A DNA stretch of 64,000 nt from Clostridia bacterium (GCA_045535785.1 JAZSMH010000060.1:2560-66559); one strand, 5' to 3'. Counted from the stretch's first letter, positions 27,874-38,935 are shown. Notes: generated by a model from the sequence alone, not told the origin. Program-made: numbers and translations.

Positions 27874-29855
27874 TAGTTCTTTCCTCCATATTTAGCATCA
27901 AATTCATCGACTTTGTTGAATTTTGCATAGTGGAATATATAATTCTTTCTCTTCTCCGCACCTTCGGTCATGAAGGTGTCTATCATTGTATCCGCTTCGA
28001 GTGCATCTTCTACGGTAACGCGAGTTAATACTCTAGTACGCGGATTAAGGGTAGTATCCCAAAGTTGTTCTTTGTTCATTTCACCTAAACCTTTGTAGCG
28101 TTGTATGCGAAGTTCGCCCGAAAAACTCTTGAATTCTTCTACTACTTTGTCGAGTTCTACGTCATCGTAGGCATATTTTATTTTATCCTTCTTCTCAACC
28201 TTGTATAGGGGTGGCATACCTACGTAGACTTTGCCTGCCGTGATAAGTTCGGGCATAAGTCTATAGAAAAACGATAGAAGTAGCGTACGAATATGGTATC
28301 CGTCGTAGTCTGCGTCCGATAGAATGATTATCTTATGGAATTTTAGATCGTCAAGCTTAAAACTTGCACCGATACCCGTGCCGAGCGCGGCAATAATGGT
28401 ACGAATTTCTTCATTTTCGTAAATTTTGTCCTTTTTGCTAACTTTAAGAACGTTAAGCGGTTTTCCTCTTAACGGAAGTACTGCTTGAGTCTTTCTATCT
28501 CTACCTTGCTTTGCGCTACCGCCTGCCGAGTCACCTTCTACGATAAATAATTCGTTTTGCTCGGCAACTTTACCGGTACATGCTGCAAATTTACCTATAA
28601 GCGCGGTACCGCTAATAGCGTTCTTCGATCTTTCTATTTGAGCAGCTTTTCTACTTGCTTCTCTAACTGATGCAACGTCTATTGCTTTCTTGATAATGTA
28701 GTCGCCTATGCCTTTATTCTTGGGATTGGTGAAAAATTCTCCGATTTTTTCGTATAAAAGACCTTCTACTATGGACTTAATTTCTTGATTGCCTAGTTTG
28801 GTCTTGGTTTGTCCTTCGAACTGCGGATTGCGCATTTTGATTGCAAGAACTGCCGTTAGACCTTCTCTAAAGTCGTCGCCTATTAGGTTGTTTTCTTTAT
28901 TCTTGAAGGAATTATTGTTCTTAGCAAACTCGTTCATGCTACGTGTAAGCGCGGATCTAAAGCCCGTAACGTGAGTACCGCCTTCGGTGGTCTTAACGTT
29001 GTTTACGAAGCTATAAAATCTTTCGGAAATGCTAGCGGTGTGTTGAAGAGCAAGTTGTACCTTGACGCCTTCTTTTTCGCCTTCTACGTAAAGCATCTTA
29101 TTTATGCCGTCGGTGTAACCGTCGTTAAGGTGCGAAACGAATGCTTCTAGACCTTTTTCGTAATAAAATTCTTGATAGTCGGGTTCTCTATCTTCGGTGA
29201 CGAAACGCATATCGGTAAAGGTGAGCTTAATACCCTTTACTAAAAACGCGTATTCTCTTAATCTTGAACAAACGTCTTCTGCGCTATAGACTACCGAGTC
29301 GAAAACTCTTGCATCGGGCTTAAAGGTAACGGTGGTACCGTGCTTCTTTGATTTGCCTACGACGTAAAGGGGGTTCTTAACGATACCACTACTTACTTTG
29401 CCGTCTATGCAGGGTGAGTGGAAGTCGATTCTATGTTCTTGTCCGCCTCTAAAAACTTGTACGGTAGTCCATTCGCTAAGTGCGTTGGTTACGCTCGCGC
29501 CTACACCGTGCAAACCTGCTGAATATCCGTAGTTCTCGGAATCAAATTTGCCACCTGCGTGAAGTACGGTAAAAATAACTTCTACCGCGGGCTTGTTATC
29601 ATCTTTCATTTTGTCAACGGGGATACCGCGGCCATCGTCCGCTACGGTAACCGAACCATCGTCGTTAAGAATAACGTCTATTTGTGAAGCGTAGCCATTC
29701 TCTGCTTCGTCTATCGCGTTATCTACTATTTCCCACAAAATATGGTGAAGACCTTTTACGTCCGTCGTACCTATGTACATACCTGGACGCTCTCTGACCG
29801 GCTCTAAACCTTTAAGGACTTTAATATCGTCGGCGGTGTACTTATTCTTTGCCAT
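27873..29855 (-). CDS. Type IIA DNA topoisomerase subunit B (GyrB/ParE family)
   Basis: Contains [16 protein letters not shown] and the GHKL ATPase motifs, the Toprim EGDSAGG, and PLRGK. It overlaps the subunit A start by 1 nt. Confidence 0.9.
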   Translation of the reverse strand: MAKNKYTADDIKVLKGLEPVRERPGMYIGTTDVKGLHHILWEIVDNAIDEAENGYASQIDVILNDDGSVTVADDGRGIPVDKMKDDNKPAVEVIFTVLHAGGKFDSENYGYSAGLHGVGASVTNALSEWTTVQVFRGGQEHRIDFHSPCIDGKVSSGIVKNPLYVVGKSKKHGTTVTFKPDARVFDSVVYSAEDVCSRLREYAFLVKGIKLTFTDMRFVTEDREPDYQEFYYEKGLEAFVSHLNDGYTDGINKMLYVEGEKEGVKVQLALQHTASISERFYSFVNNVKTTEGGTHVTGFRSALTRSMNEFAKNNNSFKNKENNLIGDDFREGLTAVLAIKMRNPQFEGQTKTKLGNQEIKSIVEGLLYEKIGEFFTNPKNKGIGDYIIKKAIDVASVREASRKAAQIERSKNAISGTALIGKFAACTGKVAEQNELFIVEGDSAGGSAKQGRDRKTQAVLPLRGKPLNVLKVSKKDKIYENEEIRTIIAALGTGIGASFKLDDLKFHKIIILSDADYDGYHIRTLLLSFFYRLMPELITAGKVYVGMPPLYKVEKKDKIKYAYDDVELDKVVEEFKSFSGELRIQRYKGLGEMNKEQLWDTTLNPRTRVLTRVTVEDALEADTMIDTFMTEGAEKRKNYIFHYAKFNKVDEFDAKYGGKN

Positions 29856-30001
29856 ATTTCCTCCTTAATTCTTTTGTAATTTGTTCTATCAATTAATAAT
29901 TGCACATCAAAAAACATGCTATATATTAATATAATAGCAACTTATCATAACATATAAAGCCGATGTTGTCAAATACATTGTGTGGCGTAAAAATGCCACC
30001 A

Positions 30002-30679
30002 TTATTCACCTAAACCAGTGATAAAATCTAAAAATTCTTGGCTAAAACCGCTTATATCGGGAATTACTATTCTATCGGGGCGGTTGAGAAATAAATTAAA
30101 AGCTAAGTTCTTCTCTCTATCAAAAATAAAGTCAATAATATGAATTCTTTCATCATTATCTTCGTAAAAAAGGCCGTCGTCAACCACTATCGTCCTACGT
30201 CCTATATTCTCTATGCTAAAAAAGTAAACGTTGAGCGCGTAGACGTCTTCTTTACATAGACATTGTTCGTACAATTTTTTGGTAACTTCCGCTAAAGATA
30301 TCCATACTTTTTGTAAGTCGGTTAGGCAAAAATTGTAAAAACCTTCTAGTGATAAAACGTCGGGTAAACTGTGATTAATGATAAGGTCTTTTTCTTCTTC
30401 GTTATCTAATGAAACAACCGTGCCTAAATATGAATAAAACTTGACGTCTTCTTCCCCCGTAAGTTTGCAAAACTTACTTATCTCTTCAAACTTGAAGAAT
30501 TTCACAATCGCATTGCTCACGATTTGACCATATTTATCATCGTCTGCGTTGAAAATAAAAGCAAGTTCTTTTTCGCTTTCTTCAGTGGTAAAATCTATAC
30601 CGTATTTGCCGAAAAGGTAAGTTAAATAGTCGACAAAATTGGGTTTCTTTTTTATCATCAAAGTTCTCTTCATACGCAA
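30002..30679 (-). CDS. Hypothetical protein (weak YtxC-like impression)
   Basis: ORF only. No firm motif. Confidence 0.35.
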   Translation of the reverse strand: MRMKRTLMIKKKPNFVDYLTYLFGKYGIDFTTEESEKELAFIFNADDDKYGQIVSNAIVKFFKFEEISKFCKLTGEEDVKFYSYLGTVVSLDNEEEKDLIINHSLPDVLSLEGFYNFCLTDLQKVWISLAEVTKKLYEQCLCKEDVYALNVYFFSIENIGRRTIVVDDGLFYEDNDERIHIIDFIFDREKNLAFNLFLNRPDRIVIPDISGFSQEFLDFITGLGE

Positions 30680-30735
30680 TTAGTATATGTAATGGTGAAA
30701 TTAATAATTAAGGATAATTTTCTCATTTTTTGTAG

Positions 30736-30762
30736 AAAAAGGCTCGCCAAAAGTGGCGAGCC
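30736..30762 (-). terminator. Rho-independent terminator after the alpha-galactosidase gene
   Basis: GGCTCGCC-N6-GGCGAGCC followed by TTTTT on the minus strand. Confidence 0.65.
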
Positions 30763-30816
30763 AAAAACTATTTAGCAAAATTTGTCTTATTGTCTATCAC
30801 AACGAAATCGTGATTT

Positions 30817-32520
30817 TTATTTAATTTGCTTACGGCTATTTACACCGGTAAGAACGTTGTAGGTAAGTACCCATACGGATCCGTCCGCTTCTTGATAAGT
30901 TAGGTCAACGGTATCGGAAGAAACGTACTCTGCATCGATTACTTTGCGGTCGGTCTTCTTGAAGAACTTCTTAACTAGTTCTATTTCTTTGTCGCCGTAA
31001 CCGCCTACGTTGTCGCTAACGAATAGCACGTCTCCACAGGTGTTGTTAACTTCGGCAAGTAATAATTTTTGCTCTTCGGTAAATTGTAGGATACCGCACT
31101 TATGGAAGTACTTATCTTTTGCGGTAAGGTCGTTTTCTCTTAGGTAGAATACGTCGGGATCGTTACCGAATGCTCTACCGTTAAGGTGACGACGGAATAC
31201 GGTGTTGTTCATAGCGTTGCGCGCGCTAGGAAGTTCTTGATTAAGGAACTTGGAATAGAAAGGATCTGCAAAGGTAACCGCTACGTCACAGCTAATTCTA
31301 CAGAAGTCTACTCTACCAAAAGCGGGGAATAGCGGAACGCCACAACCTAAAATAATCTTGTCGCCTACGCAGTCGCGTAAGAAGTCCATAGCGTCGCACA
31401 TGATTTCGCCACGGCTCTTGCCTCTGCGAGGTTCTCTACAAACGCTATACAAGAAGTCGAGCTTAACCATATCGAAATCCCATTCGTTAAGAACTCTATT
31501 AAAACATTCTCTGATGTGATTAGCAGCGCCTTCGTTGTAGAAATCAAGCGTCCAACCGCAACCCCAAGAGATAACGCCCATTTGACGCTTGGGGAAATTA
31601 CGACATCTAATGAACCAATCGGGATGTTCTTTGCCTACTACCGAATTAAACGTAGCGTTAAAAGGTGCCATCCAAAGACCTGCTTTGTAGCCTTTTGCGT
31701 GGATTTTGTCAACTAAATTACGCATTCCACCGGGGAATTTGTCGTTAAGTACCCAGTCACCTACTTCCGTTTGGTAACCGTCGTCGATTTGGAAAATGTC
31801 GGCAGAGTCGCCTACTCTAGTTAGTCCGTCGATATCGCGGTCGATTTGTTCTTCGCTGATGTTACCAAAGTAGTTATACCAAGAAGTGTAACCGGACATA
31901 TGGTCGAATCTCAACTTGGGAAGAGCGAGTTTTGCAAAGTATGCATCGAATACTTCGTCATAAGTACCCGTGGTGCTATAAAGTTCGAACAAAACGTAGT
32001 CCTTGTCGGTAGTTACGCCGTCAACGTCTTTTTGAACCTTGATAATGCCAGCTTGCATATCGAAATGGAATACGGTGAAGCCCGTTCTTTCGTTAGTGGT
32101 ACCGAATAGTACCAACTTACCATCGGTATTAACGTAGGTGTATGAATAACTGTGGAATACGCCTTTACGCTTGGAATATTTTTGGAATTCGTAGTCACCG
32201 AACATGGTTACGAAAGCACGAACGGGTTGGAAGTGGCTGATATTCTTCAAGCCAACTTGAACGTCGTCTTTTTTGAACTCTCTACTGGTAGTCCAAGATT
32301 GGTAACCGTTGACGTAAATTCTGTCGGTATCGGTATAGGTGTATTTGTCTACTAAATATGCGTTAATTAGCGATATGCTTTTTTTAGGATGAAGGGTAAC
32401 TTTTAGCGTGTCTTCTCCTTGCTCTATCGATACGCTATAATCGGTAGTGTCAAGTCCTTCTTTGCGGAATTTTTTCCCGTTTAGTTTGTATTCCAAAATA
32501 AATTTTGCCTTATCGAACAT
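30817..32520 (-). CDS. Glycoside hydrolase family 36-like alpha-galactosidase
   Basis: Contains FQIDDGYQTEVGDW, KAGLWMAPF and VKLDFLY. Confidence 0.7.
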   Translation of the reverse strand: MFDKAKFILEYKLNGKKFRKEGLDTTDYSVSIEQGEDTLKVTLHPKKSISLINAYLVDKYTYTDTDRIYVNGYQSWTTSREFKKDDVQVGLKNISHFQPVRAFVTMFGDYEFQKYSKRKGVFHSYSYTYVNTDGKLVLFGTTNERTGFTVFHFDMQAGIIKVQKDVDGVTTDKDYVLFELYSTTGTYDEVFDAYFAKLALPKLRFDHMSGYTSWYNYFGNISEEQIDRDIDGLTRVGDSADIFQIDDGYQTEVGDWVLNDKFPGGMRNLVDKIHAKGYKAGLWMAPFNATFNSVVGKEHPDWFIRCRNFPKRQMGVISWGCGWTLDFYNEGAANHIRECFNRVLNEWDFDMVKLDFLYSVCREPRRGKSRGEIMCDAMDFLRDCVGDKIILGCGVPLFPAFGRVDFCRISCDVAVTFADPFYSKFLNQELPSARNAMNNTVFRRHLNGRAFGNDPDVFYLRENDLTAKDKYFHKCGILQFTEEQKLLLAEVNNTCGDVLFVSDNVGGYGDKEIELVKKFFKKTDRKVIDAEYVSSDTVDLTYQEADGSVWVLTYNVLTGVNSRKQIK

Positions 32521-32670
32521 ATAGTCCTCCCACGTGGTTTTAATTTTTTGATATTATACCATAAAATACCAATTTTGACAATAGCGATTTTTTTATTTTT
32601 TACATTATTAATGAAATTATTGCGTTTTTTTGACAAGCATAGTATAATGGATAAAAAACTTGGAGCAAAA

Positions 32671-33447
32671 ATGGTACTATTATTAGACGTCGGTAACACG
32701 AATATAAAGATCGGATTGAGCAACGGAGATAAGACTGTATTTACCTGGCGTGTAGCTACGGATACTAGTCGTACCGCCGACGAATTCGGTATGGTGTTGT
32801 TTGATTTGCTTAAACAAAGCGGTTACAGTTTTGGCGATATCGATGGAATAATAATTAGTAGCGTGTCGCCGTCGGTCAACTATACTCTCGAACATATGTG
32901 CTCGTATTACATGCACAAAAAGCCCATTATGGTGTCTCATAAGCTCAATCTTGGGAGTATAAACTTAGATTATGCGCAGCACGAACTTGGTGCAGATCGT
33001 ATCGTAAACGCGGCGGCTGCATACACTCTATACGGTGGTCCGGTAATTTTCGTTGACTTCGGTAGCGCAACGACTTTTGGCGTGGTTGACGAAAAAGGAA
33101 CGTTCTTAGGTGGACTGATTGCGCCCGGTATAAAGTCAAGTGCCGAGAGCCTAACTAACACCGCCGCTAAGCTCCCTAGAATAGAACTTGTTCGCCCCGA
33201 TAGAGTGGTGGGCAAGAACACTATCGAGAATATGCAAGCGGGAATTATATTAGGATTCACCGGACTTGTTGAATACATCGTGGCAAAAATAAAGGAAGAA
33301 ACGGGCTATACTAATGCAAAAGTTATCGCAACGGGCGGTATGAGTCAATTGGTTACGAGCGGTTCTTCTTGTATAGATATAGTAGATAGAGCACTTTCAC
33401 TTAAGGGCTTGCAAATACTTTACGACTTAAACAAAAACCTTAAATAA
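32671..33447 (+). CDS. coaX: Type III pantothenate kinase
   Basis: Contains MVLLLDVGNTNIKIGL, GADRIVN, DFGSATT and ATGG. The start at 32671 has a GGAG RBS; the upstream extension in the track is hydrophobic junk. Confidence 0.85.
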   Translation: MVLLLDVGNTNIKIGLSNGDKTVFTWRVATDTSRTADEFGMVLFDLLKQSGYSFGDIDGIIISSVSPSVNYTLEHMCSYYMHKKPIMVSHKLNLGSINLDYAQHELGADRIVNAAAAYTLYGGPVIFVDFGSATTFGVVDEKGTFLGGLIAPGIKSSAESLTNTAAKLPRIELVRPDRVVGKNTIENMQAGIILGFTGLVEYIVAKIKEETGYTNAKVIATGGMSQLVTSGSSCIDIVDRALSLKGLQILYDLNKNLK

Positions 33448-33457
33448 GGAGAGACTT

Positions 33458-34729
33458 ATGAAAAAAATAGGCGTAGCATTATTAGGATTAGGAACGGTTG
33501 GTGGTGGCACTTATCGTATCCTAAAGAACAATTACGAAAGTATAAAAAAGAACGACGGAATCGACGTAGAAATCCGTCATATCTTAGAACGCGACGTATC
33601 TAAAGCGGAAGCACTCGGTGCGGACCTTAGTATCGTTGGTACCGACATTGAAAAGGTAGTTAACGACAAAGATACGCAAATCGTAGCGGAATTTTTCGGT
33701 GGAATCGAACCTGCAAAAACTTTCCTTATTAAGTGTCTACTCGCAGGTAAGAGCATAGTAACCGCTAACAAAGAGTTGTTCAGTAAGCATTGGCCCGAAC
33801 TTGAAGAAGCTGCTAAAAAAGGTAAAGCGGGACTTTATTTTGAAGCAAGTTGCGTTGGTGGCGTACCGATTATCCGTACCCTAACTCAATCGATGCAAGG
33901 CAACAACATTCTTTCTCTAATGGGAATAGTAAACGGTACTACTAACTATATCCTATCTAAAATGGCGGACGAAGGTCTTGAATATGCGGACGTACTCAAA
34001 GAAGCACAACGCCTTGGCTATGCCGAAGCAAATCCTTCTGCAGACGTTGACGGATTCGACAGTATGTATAAACTAAGTATTCTATCAAGCCTTGCTTTCC
34101 AAAAGAAAGTGCCTATTACCGAAATCTATCGCGAAGGTATCTCTAACGTAAATAAGATTGATATCGAATACGGTAAAAAACTTGGCTTCACGCTAAAACT
34201 TCTTGCAATCGCTAAGAAGGTGGACGGCAAAATCGAAGCGCGCGTACACCCTGCTTTTATTCCTAACGATCATCCCCTATCGTCCGTTAAAGGAAGCTTT
34301 AACGCAGTATTTATTAACGGTGACAACGTTGGTGATATTATGTTATATGGTAAAGGCGCGGGCGACCTACCTACGGGTAGCGCAATCGTAAGCGATATAG
34401 TGTTTGCTGCTAAACAAAACAAGCATCAATACACCGCGTTCAAGAATAGTAACACCGTGAAATCTTCCGACTTTAGCAAAAATTTCCGTTGCAAATACTA
34501 TATTAGAATGAACGTAAAAGACGAAGCGGGCGTACTTGCAAAGATATCTACCGCTTTTGCTAAAAACAACGTAAGCATCAATACTATGGAGCAACTCGCA
34601 AACGATAATAGCGCGGATATCATATTCATGATTCACGAAACCTGCGAAAACAATATCAACAAAGCTCTCGCTACCCTTAATAATCTCGACTGCGTAAACG
34701 CTATCAACGCAGTAATAAGAGTTGAATAG
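33458..34729 (+). CDS. hom: Homoserine dehydrogenase with C-terminal ACT domain
   Basis: Contains GLGTVGGG, NGTTNYIL and a GKGAG block. The C-terminal ~80 aa are ACT-like. Confidence 0.85.
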   Translation: MKKIGVALLGLGTVGGGTYRILKNNYESIKKNDGIDVEIRHILERDVSKAEALGADLSIVGTDIEKVVNDKDTQIVAEFFGGIEPAKTFLIKCLLAGKSIVTANKELFSKHWPELEEAAKKGKAGLYFEASCVGGVPIIRTLTQSMQGNNILSLMGIVNGTTNYILSKMADEGLEYADVLKEAQRLGYAEANPSADVDGFDSMYKLSILSSLAFQKKVPITEIYREGISNVNKIDIEYGKKLGFTLKLLAIAKKVDGKIEARVHPAFIPNDHPLSSVKGSFNAVFINGDNVGDIMLYGKGAGDLPTGSAIVSDIVFAAKQNKHQYTAFKNSNTVKSSDFSKNFRCKYYIRMNVKDEAGVLAKISTAFAKNNVSINTMEQLANDNSADIIFMIHETCENNINKALATLNNLDCVNAINAVIRVE

Positions 34730-34961
34730 CAAGTTACTAATCTTTGGAAAACCCCCTTTTTGCAGGGAGTGTCCCTGCACGCAAATTGGTCAGTTGCATT
34801 TTTGTTTACAATATAATTAAATCATGCGTATCTAGTAATTTAGGACACGACTTATTGCGCTCCGACTGCCGTCGGGGCGTTTTTTCAAACCTTTCCACCA
34901 AAAATTTTAAAAGTTTATATATTCTAATATTGTTTCCACATTATAGATATTGATAATACTT

Positions 34962-35567
34962 TTAAAAAAAGTCTTCAAATAAAAAGAAGCCACTAACTAT
35001 TAATGATAAAAATGTAATAGCGGGGGCTACAAGTGACGCTAACGCAACAACAATGATTATTGTTGCAATCGTTCCAATTAAGTCTCCACCAGTATCTTTG
35101 GCTATTTCGCCCATAGATGTAATAAAATATCCCATACCTTCATCTTGCGTAAAAGCAAAATGTAGCAACGTTATAACGATAGTTAAAAATCCCGCTCCCC
35201 AAAAGCCATATACAACGACTCTCGCAAAATTATCTGTGCCTAATTTAGCGTAATATTTTAAACGTGATTCGTATATTTTTATAAATTTATCTGGATTGTT
35301 TTTCCAAATTCTTTCTGCATTTTTTTTAGAATACCAATTTGAAAATTTAGCAACCCACCTAAATATACTATCTTCTATTTCAGAATTAATTATTTCTTTC
35401 GCCGTCAACCCTGTGTATTGTTTAGCAATTCTATTGATATCTGTATTCGCTGCAATTTCTTCATTTTTTAGCGGTGACATTATGAAGCCATAACTATCCA
35501 CTACTATACACCCAAGAATAGCGCCTACTGAAAAAATTAAACATAAAATAAAAATAACAGCTCTCAT
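34962..35567 (-). CDS. Hypothetical membrane protein
   Basis: The start at 35567 (MRAVIF) has a GGAGG RBS. There are TM segments at both ends. The region is AT-rich. Confidence 0.5.
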   Translation of the reverse strand: MRAVIFILCLIFSVGAILGCIVVDSYGFIMSPLKNEEIAANTDINRIAKQYTGLTAKEIINSEIEDSIFRWVAKFSNWYSKKNAERIWKNNPDKFIKIYESRLKYYAKLGTDNFARVVVYGFWGAGFLTIVITLLHFAFTQDEGMGYFITSMGEIAKDTGGDLIGTIATIIIVVALASLVAPAITFLSLIVSGFFLFEDFF

Positions 35568-35671
35568 CTCGTGCCTCCATTTTACAAGTTTTCTTGTTTC
35601 ATATAGATAATTGTAATACAAGAATACTTGTATGTCAACAATCAATACAATTATTATTGTATTATTTACGT

Positions 35672-35866
35672 ATGAATATCGCACAAAATATAAAAATATT
35701 ACGAAAAGAAATGAAACTAACACAAAAGGAATTAGCCGTTCAAGTTGGCGTTACTCAACAATGTGTTAGCGATTGGGAAAACGGTAAAATAGAGCCAACT
35801 ATTTCTTACGTAGCGAAGATGGCAAAAATATTCAAGGTAACTATAGATAACCTCGTTTTCGACTAA
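35672..35866 (+). CDS. Small XRE-family HTH transcriptional regulator
   Basis: The HTH reads MNIAQNIKILRKEMKLTQKELAVQVGVTQQCVSDWENGK. It is divergent from the membrane ORF. Confidence 0.75.
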   Translation: MNIAQNIKILRKEMKLTQKELAVQVGVTQQCVSDWENGKIEPTISYVAKMAKIFKVTIDNLVFD

Positions 35867-35875
35867 ATTAACAGT

Positions 35876-35903
35876 AAAAAACGGCGAAAATTCGCCGTTT
35901 TTT
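35876..35903 (+). terminator. Rho-independent terminator
   Basis: ACGGCG-AAAATT-CGCCGT followed by TTTTTT. Confidence 0.7.
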
Positions 35904-35983
35904 AATTACCAAACCAAATCTTAAAAAACACATGAACAAAATACAACATATGGGTAGTATTTATATTATAGCATATTACACGA

Positions 35984-36102
35984 CATTTGGGATAAGTACG
36001 CATTGACTTTATCAATATTTAGGTAAATATTTACACATTAGGTATACTCACCGCCAGATTTCTCTGCGAGAAATTTGCGCACCCGATGGGGTGCGCTCCC
36101 CC
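35984..36102. repeat. Copy 1 of a 119-bp direct repeat (period 178 bp)
   Basis: The last 54 nt are identical to copy 2. It contains the hairpins ATTTCTC-TGC-GAGAAAT and GCGCACCC-GATG-GGGTGCGC. Confidence 0.85.
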
Positions 36103-36161
36103 AAATTTCAGTGAATATCTTGTTTGCTTTTATACGTAAGGTGACTCCTAGGGGATAGCGG

Positions 36162-36280
36162 CATTTTGAATAAGTACGCATTAACTTTATCGGTATTTAT
36201 GTAAATATTCACGCATTAAGTAAATTCACCGCCAGATTTCTCTGCGAGAAATTTGCGCACCCGATGGGGTGCGCTCCCCC
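36162..36280. repeat. Copy 2 of the 119-bp direct repeat
   Basis: See copy 1. It is preceded at 36140-36156 by a 17-bp copy of the tRNA-Glu 3' end. Confidence 0.85.
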
Positions 36281-36333
36281 TTAGGAGTCACAAAAAAAGC
36301 AAGCCACCTACATAAACGTAGTGGCTTGCTTTT

Positions 36334-36408
36334 TGGTGACTCCTAGGGGATTCGAACCCCTGTAGCCGCCGTGAGAGGGCGGAGTCTTGACCGCTTGACC
36401 AAGGAGCC
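36334..36408 (-). tRNA. tRNA-Glu (anticodon CTC), CCA encoded
   Basis: The reverse complement is GGCTCCTTGGTCAAGCGG...CCGCCCTCTCACGGCGG...GGTTCGAATCCCCTAGGAGTCACCA. It gives a 75-nt cloverleaf with anticodon loop CTCTCAC. Confidence 0.85.
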
Positions 36409-36463
36409 TTTTGCCTTGATATAGTAGCATAAAAAATGCTTCTTTGCAAGTGTTTTTGAACAG

Positions 36464-38935
36464 TTAAGATATATTTCGTTCTATTTTGCGTTTTGATATG
36501 CGGTAGCGGCTGCCTATTACTGTGTAAACTATGGTAAAAATCACGATACACATTGCAATAATGACAAGCACCTCTACTGGGAACGGTGTGAGTGAGATAT
36601 ATCTATCGATAAGGCGGGCGAAATTCGGGACGAGTAGATTGATTATCATTGACAAAATAAAGCCGATTACACCGCCGACGAGGGATATGATAAGTCCTTC
36701 GCCTAAAAGCATGATAACAAACGATTTATCGTCCATTCCTACCGCTCTATATATTCCGAATTCTCTATCGCGCTTTATAAATAACGTAAGTATCATGTTG
36801 ACGATACCTATCATACCGACTGCAATAATAAGAATTTCTAGTGCGCGTAAAAGCGTGCCTAGTCCTTTTATACCTACGCTACTAGCATACGCCCAGTCTT
36901 GGTAAGAAAGAATATAACAGCCCTTACTTTCGAGTGTTCCGCGCAAGTCTAGATACAAGTCGGAGTTAGATACGTTCTTGCTAGTTCCTATCAAAATAAG
37001 ACTTTCTTTTAGCTCCAAGTTGAGCCCATCTGTATTGACGTAGATAATTCTATCAGTACTTGTGCGCGTATCGTCCATAGCGCAAACTACAAAATCTCGC
37101 TCCACGCTACCTAGCGTAAGCGTCACTTTATCCCCTACCCGTAAGCCTAATCTGTTGAGCATATCGTAGGTAAACACCGCGCTGCGCTCGTCGTTGTTGA
37201 ACAATTCTTTTTCTTTATCCGTAAGAGGCGTGGTCGCGCAAGATAGCGCGTCGGCATTGTCTACGGCATATACGGTTACGTCCTTAATTTCGCCGTTTAG
37301 ATCAACGTCAAACGTGTCGTACCTAAACAAATACGAATACTCCACTCCGTAGGTGTTACTTACTATTTCGTTAACTTCGTCAAAGTTTACGTCGGTCGCT
37401 ATCGCTTCTATTGCGTAATCGGAAGAAAATCTTGCGTTGTAGGGATTGGACGCTTCTATAATGACGTTGACGATACTTACCGCTATAAAAGTAAACGCAA
37501 CTATCGCTCCTAGCATTGACGAAAGCGTGATAGCGTCACCGTTTCTTTTTACGTTACTTGAAGGTAGTTTAGTATTAATTCCGCCATTAAATAGTTTGCT
37601 TATTCCCATCGTTAAGTATGGTGCGCCCACTATAATAATCGCTACTGCGGATACTAGCATTAGTATGGTGAATAACAATTCGTATCCCGGTACGAATATA
37701 GTCAACACTACGCATACGATAATTCCGATAACTCCTGGGATAAGAAGGTATGGACTCAACTTCTTAAGTTCTCTCACGCTACCGCTATTAAGGTTGCGAA
37801 CAGTGTCGCGAGTTAGTTTGAGTATAGGAAATAGTGCGCTAATTAACGACATTAGGATACCTAAAACTAATGATAAGATATAATCGGAAAATTCGTAATC
37901 GACTGCCTGTGCGAAATTAGGAATTACGCTAACTACAATAGCTTGCATAATAAATCTACCGATAATTACGCCGATGAGGGCGCCTACTATTCCGTAAAAG
38001 GCACCTTCGAAAAGCAATATCATTACCGTCTGCATGGGCGTTGCACCTGCCGACTTAAAGACGGTCATTTCTTGAGCACGCGAGCGCATTACGACTTGGT
38101 ACGCGCTAAACAGTATGAATATAACGAGTGCTAATATAAATACTAGTGCAACGTTAAGAAGCGACTGGTTGTCCTTAACTAAATTGTTAACGTAATCGTA
38201 GTCGACGGAATAATCGACGTTTAGTCCGTCTAGCGACATAAATGCGTCTAAATCACTTATGAAGCTTTCTGCATCGACACCGTCTTTTAACTTAAAGTAA
38301 GCGGTGGTGTACAGACCTTTTTCGCCTAATTCAGTCATATCGGCAAATACGTTATATATAGTTGAATTAGCGAAAACGCCTTTATCCTCGAATATATAAG
38401 TGACGGTAAACTTTTGATATCTATTGAAAAAGCTTACGAATATATCTACCTCTTGACCTACTTCGTAGCCGTTTTTCTTCGCTAGTCCTTCGCTTATCCA
38501 TATTGCCGGATATACGTAGCTATCGGTGCTTTTTATACCGTCGCTGTAAGAAAGCTTATCCTTGTGACGTGATAGGAATTCTGCAAAATCGGTAACTTCT
38601 ATCAAAATAGCGGTACTCTTGGCTACGTCGTCCTCACTTTCGGTATTGAGCAATCCCGTCATTCTCAAATATCTATCTACGTATTCTACTTTTTCGCCGT
38701 TTTCGCTCAAAAACTCGTTGAGCTTTTCTCCCGAAAAAATTGCTCCGTCCATAGAAATCTCGGCATCGCCACTAAGGCGCGAAAAGCCTGCAACTTGAAA
38801 ATTGTAGAACAAGTCTCCCACTGTAAGGGCCGCAAAAAATAGCATGGTTACTACAGCTACGGTGATAATTATAACCGCTAGCTGTCCCTTGCTTGCTCTT
38901 ATGCTCCTTAAAGTGTGGTTAAAAATGACTTTCAT
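36464..38935 (-). CDS. ABC transporter permease with two FtsX domains (MacB-like)
   Basis: 823 aa, with two 4-TM FtsX-type blocks separated by large extracytoplasmic regions. Confidence 0.8.
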   Translation of the reverse strand: MKVIFNHTLRSIRASKGQLAVIIITVAVVTMLFFAALTVGDLFYNFQVAGFSRLSGDAEISMDGAIFSGEKLNEFLSENGEKVEYVDRYLRMTGLLNTESEDDVAKSTAILIEVTDFAEFLSRHKDKLSYSDGIKSTDSYVYPAIWISEGLAKKNGYEVGQEVDIFVSFFNRYQKFTVTYIFEDKGVFANSTIYNVFADMTELGEKGLYTTAYFKLKDGVDAESFISDLDAFMSLDGLNVDYSVDYDYVNNLVKDNQSLLNVALVFILALVIFILFSAYQVVMRSRAQEMTVFKSAGATPMQTVMILLFEGAFYGIVGALIGVIIGRFIMQAIVVSVIPNFAQAVDYEFSDYILSLVLGILMSLISALFPILKLTRDTVRNLNSGSVRELKKLSPYLLIPGVIGIIVCVVLTIFVPGYELLFTILMLVSAVAIIIVGAPYLTMGISKLFNGGINTKLPSSNVKRNGDAITLSSMLGAIVAFTFIAVSIVNVIIEASNPYNARFSSDYAIEAIATDVNFDEVNEIVSNTYGVEYSYLFRYDTFDVDLNGEIKDVTVYAVDNADALSCATTPLTDKEKELFNNDERSAVFTYDMLNRLGLRVGDKVTLTLGSVERDFVVCAMDDTRTSTDRIIYVNTDGLNLELKESLILIGTSKNVSNSDLYLDLRGTLESKGCYILSYQDWAYASSVGIKGLGTLLRALEILIIAVGMIGIVNMILTLFIKRDREFGIYRAVGMDDKSFVIMLLGEGLIISLVGGVIGFILSMIINLLVPNFARLIDRYISLTPFPVEVLVIIAMCIVIFTIVYTVIGSRYRISKRKIERNIS

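Noticed and set aside
25387-29855. Assigning the topoisomerase pair specifically as gyrA/gyrB or parC/parE
   Set aside because: KPVQRRIL and the weak GyrA-box-like stretch (AGGGKRG) are ambiguous, and the genomic context (no dnaA/recF) is not decisive. I left it at family level.
35984-36280. Possibility that the direct repeats at 36 kb or 44 kb form a CRISPR array
   Set aside because: There are only two copies. The units are 119-127 bp rather than 25-40 bp, there is no regular repeat-spacer pattern, and no cas genes are present in the window.
36288-36551. 87-aa ORF 36288..36551(-)
   Set aside because: It overlaps the tRNA-Glu gene and the 3' end of the FtsX permease gene.
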